The notes below the pieces were generated by a model. The model was not told the origin of the DNA. It searched no databases and worked only from the letters and a program-made list of their open reading frames with translations. Shown piece after piece: positions 58,591-64,000 of a stretch of DNA of 64,000 bases (the stretch's first letter is position 1; each line of letters starts with the position of its first letter). The DNA is from an uncultured Gammaproteobacteria bacterium. Its GTDB lineage: Bacteria > Patescibacteriota > Patescibacteriia > Magasanikbacterales > GWA2-37-8. The position numbers were made by a program, and so were the translations under genes. The stretch lies in assembly GCA_964510885.1 (NCBI GenBank), contig CAZEDL010000004.1, positions 3,182 to 67,181 on the forward strand, in the 5' to 3' direction.

Positions 58591-58686
58591 TGCCATCCTG
58601 AACGAAGGCTCACGCGGCAGTGAAGGACCCCCTGGTATTAACCTTACTCTTGCTACGAGGGGGGTCCCTCGTATCTCGGGATGACA
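58591..58686. repeat. family B-like REP doublet between folP and folB
   Basis: TGCCATCCTGAACG...GAAGGACCCCC ... GGGGGTCCCTCG..GGGATGACA. Confidence 0.6.
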
Positions 58687-58694
58687 AAAAACCT

Positions 58695-59048
58695 ATGGAC
58701 AAAATAATTCTCTCTGACTGTCACTTTCTCGCCTGCATTGGCGTCACCACCGCAGAACGGGGAGCCCCCCAACCAATCAGCATCGATCTCGAACTGAATT
58801 TCGACACCCGCCTCGCTGGCCAGTCTGATTCATTATCTGATACTATCAACTATAGTGCTATTCATAGCACACTGCAGGCATATATCACCTCTCATTCATT
58901 TCAACTGATCGAGGCGCTGGCCGAACATCTAGCGACAGAGGTGATTGCCAGCTTCCCTATCAAACAACTAACACTGCGCCTCAAAAAACCCGGCGCACTG
59001 AATAAAAAAGGCGGCGCCTACGCGGCCGTCGAAATCACTCGTCCTTAA
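58695..59048 (+). CDS. folB: dihydroneopterin aldolase
   Basis: MDKI...IGV...ER...Q, DTINY, LIEALAE, LKKP; start at ATG 58695, after the repeat. Confidence 0.92.
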   Translation: MDKIILSDCHFLACIGVTTAERGAPQPISIDLELNFDTRLAGQSDSLSDTINYSAIHSTLQAYITSHSFQLIEALAEHLATEVIASFPIKQLTLRLKKPGALNKKGGAYAAVEITRP

Positions 59049-59062
59049 TAGTTACCTTACGT

Positions 59063-60157
59063 ATGAAAAAAACCCTCCTCGCACTCAGCGCACTTTTGAT
59101 TTTAACCGGGCAAGGCTGCACTCTGTCCGGCATCGATTCTGCCAGCAGCACACCCGTTGGATCTGTCGCACCAGCCAGTGAACCAGATCAACATGTCGAC
59201 CTATCGCGGCTCGATGGTAGCAACGGCCTGTTCCGTTTTTTTGCCACACTGCCAGCAGGATGGCATGCCGAATATTCAAGTGACGCAAAAGCTCTGTTGA
59301 TTTACGATCATATAAATCCGCAGGCAAAGTACACTCAAGATGAAGCGATTATTTTTATTAACACCTTCACAGCCAAATCATTTCTTACTCTAACCACTGT
59401 CGACATTACCAAACGCTCCCCCACCACCATTGCTGGGCGTAGCGCCATGATCTACGAAATTACCAAAAAATCTACGGCGCCTGCATTCGCCAATCAGCCA
59501 GCCTGGCGAAATGAAAAACATGAAGTTACCGATATTCGCTTTACCAAAAACAATCCCAGTATTTTTTACGTCATTGCCCGCAATCCGAAATTATCCGTCG
59601 ACACCTTTGGCACTATTCTAAACTCATTGCAATTTCATAATGACCCAGCTACCTTTGTGCCCCCACTGCCAGATGCCAAAGCCCGCCTCACCAAAAAACC
59701 GTTCGGCATCCTGATCAATAAACAAACCTCTCCTGTCGTGCCCGAACGATTCTCCGGCTACCACACCGCTGTTGATTTTGAAATCCTTGATAAACACGAA
59801 TTTGTGACTCGTATACCAGTCGCTGCAGTGTGCGGCGGGCCAGTAAAAAAGAAAGAAGCGAAAGCCGGATACGGTGGCGTATTGATACAAGAATGCATGA
59901 TCAATGATCAACCTATCACAGTAATCTACGGCCATTTATCCTGGTCAAAAACCAAAGTGAAAGCCGGCGACTACCTCTCGCCCGGCGAAGAATTCACAAC
60001 CCTTGGCGAATCACCCAAAGAAACCGACAGCGAACGCAAGCATCTACACCTCGGCTTCCATAAAGGCACGGCGATTGAATACCGGGGATATGTAGCGACG
60101 AAGTCTGCTCTGTCTGCTTGGCTTGATCCGTGCGCGTATAACGTCTGCGGACAATAA
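59063..60157 (+). CDS. M23 family peptidase lipoprotein
   Basis: LTGQGC lipobox, HTAVD, GYGGV, YGHL, HLHLG. Confidence 0.85.
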   Translation: MKKTLLALSALLILTGQGCTLSGIDSASSTPVGSVAPASEPDQHVDLSRLDGSNGLFRFFATLPAGWHAEYSSDAKALLIYDHINPQAKYTQDEAIIFINTFTAKSFLTLTTVDITKRSPTTIAGRSAMIYEITKKSTAPAFANQPAWRNEKHEVTDIRFTKNNPSIFYVIARNPKLSVDTFGTILNSLQFHNDPATFVPPLPDAKARLTKKPFGILINKQTSPVVPERFSGYHTAVDFEILDKHEFVTRIPVAAVCGGPVKKKEAKAGYGGVLIQECMINDQPITVIYGHLSWSKTKVKAGDYLSPGEEFTTLGESPKETDSERKHLHLGFHKGTAIEYRGYVATKSALSAWLDPCAYNVCGQ

Positions 60158-60191
60158 ACAGCGTCATGCCAAAACTGCTCAAACACCGCCT

Positions 60192-60689
60192 ATGACCGCA
60201 CCGTCAACTCACACCGCCTACCTCGGCCTTGGCTCCAATCTCGGAGATCGGGCTAGCTATATTAATCAAGCAAAACAGGCGTTAACCGGCCTCGGGCAGC
60301 TCGTAGCTGAATCATCGCTCTACGAAACTGCTCCGCAAGGCTGGGTTAACCAACCTGCTTTTCTCAACTGCGCAGTAGCTCTCGCCACTGACCTATCTCC
60401 GCGCGACCTGCTCGCTGCTGCTCTCACTATCGAAAACCAGCTGGGCCGCGTGCGCACCATGCTGCTCGGGCCACGCATCATCGATATTGATATTTTATTA
60501 TATGACGACCTGGTCGTGTCTGAAAAAAACCTGACCATCCCCCACCCTAGCCTGCATAAGCGGGCCTTTGCGCTGATCCCGCTATTAGAAATTGACCCTG
60601 ACATATCTCACCCGGTGCTGCAGCGGAAAATGTCCGAACTACTCAGGTCTCTGCCCGACCAATCTGTTACCAAACTGACCTCGCACTAA
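60192..60689 (+). CDS. folK: 2-amino-4-hydroxy-6-hydroxymethyldihydropteridine diphosphokinase
   Basis: YLGLGSNLGDR, FLN, GPRIIDIDILLY, LTIPHP, RAFALIPL; start at ATG 60192. Confidence 0.95.
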   Translation: MTAPSTHTAYLGLGSNLGDRASYINQAKQALTGLGQLVAESSLYETAPQGWVNQPAFLNCAVALATDLSPRDLLAAALTIENQLGRVRTMLLGPRIIDIDILLYDDLVVSEKNLTIPHPSLHKRAFALIPLLEIDPDISHPVLQRKMSELLRSLPDQSVTKLTSH

Positions 60690-60690
60690 T

Positions 60691-61446
60691 ATGACCAAAC
60701 CCTCCACCTCTTGGGGCCCCGTCGCCGACTGGTATGACAGTCTGCTCTCCGCGCCCGGCACCTACCAGCAAGATGTAATCCTGCCGAATTTGCTACGCCT
60801 GCTCGACCCAAAAAAATCAGACACCCTGCTCGACATCGGCTGTGGACAAGGCTTCTTTGCCAAACACTTCAGCGCTCGCGGAGCCGCTGTCACCGGGCTT
60901 GATATCTCACCCGAACTAATTGCCATTGCCGAAAAAGCAGCTCCGGATGCCGGCTTTTTTGTTGGTTCGGCCGAAAACCTGTCGACCATTAAAGACAAAT
61001 CCATTACTAGCGCCTATAGTATCCTGGCCATTCAGAATATCAAAAACACCGGCGCCGTATTCGCCGAATGCGCTCGCGTTCTGAAAGCCAATGGCCGCTT
61101 AGCACTGGTGCTCAATCATCCCGCGTTCCGGATTCCCAAACAGAGTGCCTGGGGCTGGGATGACACGACTAAAACCCAATATCGACGGGTGGACAGCTAC
61201 TTATCCGAAATCAGTGTACCAATTGACATGCATCCCGGTAAAAAAGATTCAGTCGCTACCATCTCATTCCATCGCCCCCTGCAATATTATTTCAAATTAC
61301 TTGCCAATAATGGCTTTGTAATTACTCGCCTTGAAGAATGGATATCGCACAAAAAGAACGGCCCAGGGCCCCGCGCAGCGGCTGAAAATAAAGCCCGCCA
61401 CGAATTCCCGCTATTTTTATACCTTGAAGCTAAAAAATCTACATAA
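60691..61446 (+). CDS. class I SAM-dependent methyltransferase
   Basis: LLDIGCGQG, GLDIS, NHPAF, FHRPL. Confidence 0.9.
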   Translation: MTKPSTSWGPVADWYDSLLSAPGTYQQDVILPNLLRLLDPKKSDTLLDIGCGQGFFAKHFSARGAAVTGLDISPELIAIAEKAAPDAGFFVGSAENLSTIKDKSITSAYSILAIQNIKNTGAVFAECARVLKANGRLALVLNHPAFRIPKQSAWGWDDTTKTQYRRVDSYLSEISVPIDMHPGKKDSVATISFHRPLQYYFKLLANNGFVITRLEEWISHKKNGPGPRAAAENKARHEFPLFLYLEAKKST

Positions 61447-61455
61447 TAATGCAGC

Positions 61456-62220
61456 ATGCCAGACGCTTCACTCCAAAACATATTCGATTCGCTCTCCCAC
61501 CTCGAACACTCACAAATCTTTTGCGGCGCTACCAACCACACCGCTACCTGTAGCGACGAGCGGATTGTCATTGGTTCAATCCATATCCCTGGAGCCGGGA
61601 TATTAACTCGCGACCCGGTGGCCACGGCGCGCCTGCTAAAAAATATCGGCATCACCGAATTAACCTCTCACGAAAACTGCGGCGCCGCGGCGGCTGCCCA
61701 CACCGCTATCACCTTTGAATTAAAAACCAGCCCAGACCTCCAACCACCAGCATGGTTTGTGGCGAGCAGTAGCGAAGAAACGGCGCGACAATTTGTAGCC
61801 AAAACGGTCGAATCCTTAAAAACCATAGGTGTGCCAGCAGTAGAGCACCATCTGACCTTCGACAACGGCGGCATGGTTGGCGACTGCACTGTTCACCATG
61901 CTACCGTCATTTACTACGACATCGCTGGCCGCGGCTTTAACCAATACGCGGCCCCTGGCAAACTGCCACTCGGATTTGTAATCACCGCCATACCAAACGA
62001 AGAAACAACCAACCTCGGGAATATCGAGGCCGTCGTTGGCATTGCCTTCGGCAAAAACGGGAAGCCCAAATTCTACCAGCACACTCCGCTCAAAATCGCC
62101 CTCCTCACCACCGAACAAAACACACCAGACATCCTCCCCAAAATTAACCACGCCCTAGCTGCCAAATTCCCCAAACAAATCAAACAAATTACCGTAGAAA
62201 CAGTTCAAATCCACTTCTAA
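61456..62220 (+). CDS. hypothetical protein with a beta-carbonic-anhydrase-like Zn motif
   Basis: CSDER ... HENCGAA (CxDxR / HxxC). Confidence 0.55.
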   Translation: MPDASLQNIFDSLSHLEHSQIFCGATNHTATCSDERIVIGSIHIPGAGILTRDPVATARLLKNIGITELTSHENCGAAAAAHTAITFELKTSPDLQPPAWFVASSSEETARQFVAKTVESLKTIGVPAVEHHLTFDNGGMVGDCTVHHATVIYYDIAGRGFNQYAAPGKLPLGFVITAIPNEETTNLGNIEAVVGIAFGKNGKPKFYQHTPLKIALLTTEQNTPDILPKINHALAAKFPKQIKQITVETVQIHF

Positions 62221-62263
62221 TTTCCAATCTCTAACACATAATCGCTTCACTCAACATCACACC

Positions 62264-62461
62264 CCGAACCATTGCGCAGCGATTGCCACTCGACACGGTA
62301 AGGAGAAGCGGTCCAGAGGACGGGCCCTGCTGTTTGAGGAGCTCCGCCGGAGGCGGAGTGACGAGTTCAGGGCCCGAGCTTCGACGCGCCGATGTGAGTG
62401 GCAGAAGCGGAGCACCGGTTCGGTGGTTTTTTGGTCACTTTTTTGCCACCAAAAAAGTGAC
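62264..62461. repeat. highly structured intergenic element (MITE or ncRNA candidate)
   Basis: nested stems CCGAACC/GGTTCGG, TGCCACTC/GAGTGGCA, GGGCCCTG/CAGGGCCC, CTCCGCC/GGCGGAG; terminal GTCACTTTTTT/AAAAAAGTGAC hairpin. Confidence 0.65.
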
Positions 62462-62534
62462 ACACTCAACCGCTCACAAAAAACACAAACAAAAAACGTA
62501 CACCATAGTGTACGTTTTTAAAATTTTCTAAATA

Positions 62535-63248
62535 CTACTGCTTCTCTTCCACCACAACACTTTTAATCTTCATCGGCTGCACCGGCCGCGAGCCCTCCCC
62601 ACCCGGCTGCGTTGGTGCCTCAACTATTTTATCCACTGCTTCCATACCACTAAGTACGTGCCCAAAAATCACATAATTCGGCGGCAACGGATAATCCGCA
62701 TGCATAATAAAGAATTGGCTGCCATTGGTATTCGGGCCGGCATTCGCCATCGCCACCGTACCGCGCGTATACTGGCCGGTAAACGGTTCATCATCGAAAC
62801 GATACCCCGGGCCGCCACCTCCGGTGCCGGTCGGATCCCCACCCTGAATCATAAAGCCCGGAATAGTACGGTGGAAAATCGTGCCGTCATAAAATTTCTG
62901 CTTCGCTAAATTCACAAAATTCGCACTGGTCTTTGGGGTTTGCTGTGACAAGGCAATCACAATATCTCCAGCTTCAGTCTGAAGCGTTACCATAGTTTCC
63001 ATGTCTGGGGTAGCCATACGTTTATCTGAATTAGAATTAATCGGGGTGTTTGGTTCATTTGCCACAGTATCTTCGGGCTCCGCCGCGGTTGTGGCCGACC
63101 CAACAGAATCATATGGCATAGTATCGACAGATGTATATGCGTCCACCGGCACACCACTCTGAGCACCATCCCCACACCCAGGGAGGAGTACTATACTGAG
63201 TAAGACTAAAAAATTCAAGCCTAGTCCTAATGTTTTACTTTGTTTCAT
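62535..63248 (-). CDS. cyclophilin-type peptidyl-prolyl isomerase lipoprotein
   Basis: FYDGTIFHR..PGFMIQGGDP, AMANAGPNTNGSQFFI, FGHV. Confidence 0.95.
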   Translation of the reverse strand: MKQSKTLGLGLNFLVLLSIVLLPGCGDGAQSGVPVDAYTSVDTMPYDSVGSATTAAEPEDTVANEPNTPINSNSDKRMATPDMETMVTLQTEAGDIVIALSQQTPKTSANFVNLAKQKFYDGTIFHRTIPGFMIQGGDPTGTGGGGPGYRFDDEPFTGQYTRGTVAMANAGPNTNGSQFFIMHADYPLPPNYVIFGHVLSGMEAVDKIVEAPTQPGGEGSRPVQPMKIKSVVVEEKQ

Positions 63249-63270
63249 ACACTAAATTATTTATCATGAC

Positions 63271-63369
63271 TTACGCGCCATGACTTTTCCCTGAACGGGT
63301 TCGGCCAATAAATGGCCGCCCTGAGGCCTCGCGGGCGAGGAGAGTGAAGGGAAATGTCATGGCGCGTAA
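63271..63369. repeat. inverted-repeat (MITE-like) element
   Basis: TTACGCGCCATGACTTTTCCCT ... AGGGAAATGTCATGGCGCGTAA. Confidence 0.65.
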
Positions 63370-63372
63370 ACC

Positions 63373-64000
63373 CTATTTATAAGCAAGACACGCTATAATT
63401 CCGGCCAGAATAATCAACGCCGCCCCAAAGAAAAATCCGCCCTTACGGAATTTTTTCTCAGCCGAAATTTTAATAAACCAGAATAATTGCCCGCCGAGCG
63501 CCAAGGCGACGATCGCGATCAAGAGCCAGCCTTCCGGATTTTTGAGCGCACTCGGATTGACCAGTGAAAAATGAAAGATTGAACTAAGATACGCCACATA
63601 CACCACGCGATGTAATCGTTTCCACCAAGTGGGAGTCAGCTTATCAACCGCCCAATCGGTAGAACTAAACGCCATCACCATAAACAGCGGCAGAGCGATC
63701 ACTCCAAATATCACCGGATTTTGTAGTGGGTTAAATGAATAGAACACCGCGCTGGTTTGCCACTGGAATAAATACTTCAGCACCGTAAATACATGCAGCG
63801 AAATCAGAATAAAACCAGACACGCCCATATAGCGGCGTAGTCGCCAATAGTCAGCGGTCCGCGGCCACCACCGAAATATGGCGCTCATTAACAAAGCCAA
63901 GCTAAATAACATTTCACCGGCAAAGGCAAAACTAAGCACCAGCGAGGTGCCAAGATCACCCCGGTTAAGGTGGTAGTAATTATACAAAAAGTGAAGCAGC
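63373..64000 (-). CDS. ferric reductase-like / MsrQ-type heme membrane protein (start probably outside the window)
   Basis: RRYMG...LH, SSTD, WKRLHRVVY...H. Confidence 0.8.
   Translation of the reverse strand, partial: LLHFLYNYYHLNRGDLGTSLVLSFAFAGEMLFSLALLMSAIFRWWPRTADYWRLRRYMGVSGFILISLHVFTVLKYLFQWQTSAVFYSFNPLQNPVIFGVIALPLFMVMAFSSTDWAVDKLTPTWWKRLHRVVYVAYLSSIFHFSLVNPSALKNPEGWLLIAIVALALGGQLFWFIKISAEKKFRKGGFFFGAALIILAGIIACLAYK

Noticed and set aside
1-64000. Alternative genetic code (TGA=Gly, as in Gracilibacteria/Absconditabacteria)
   Set aside because: Conserved genes are intact under code 11, and TGA terminates genes such as ahcY.

Overview
Gene-dense bacterial chromosome segment. It is most likely Patescibacteria/CPR (Parcubacteria-like), inferred from an array of VirB2/TrbC-like pilin genes, mostly Shine-Dalgarno-less AT-rich start contexts, many orphan secreted proteins and the rpsO-NYN-pnp order; genetic code is standard. 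It encodes pnp, rpsO, nine pilin-like genes, a glycolipid glycosyltransferase, galU, ruvB, a SpoIID-like protein, a flippase, ribH, a frameshifted membrane-anchored Clp ATPase, a copper-protein cluster, pdxS/pdxT, class Ia nrdAB with NrdR and DnaA boxes, uppS, prs, ahcY with a PfkB kinase, uppP, a CADD-folP-folB-folK folate cluster, and nine tRNAs. No CRISPR array, rRNA or transposase was seen. The most striking feature is a roughly 100-120 bp structured element directly behind three different tRNAs (His, Phe, Ala). Each copy begins with an antisense copy of its own host tRNA's T-loop and ends with a direct duplication of that tRNA's 3' end. Also notable are a beta-defensin-like Cys tail on one pilin, an 8-stranded beta-barrel-like protein in a presumed monoderm, and several REP/MITE-like repeat families. 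All assignments are from reading motifs by eye; no searches were run.
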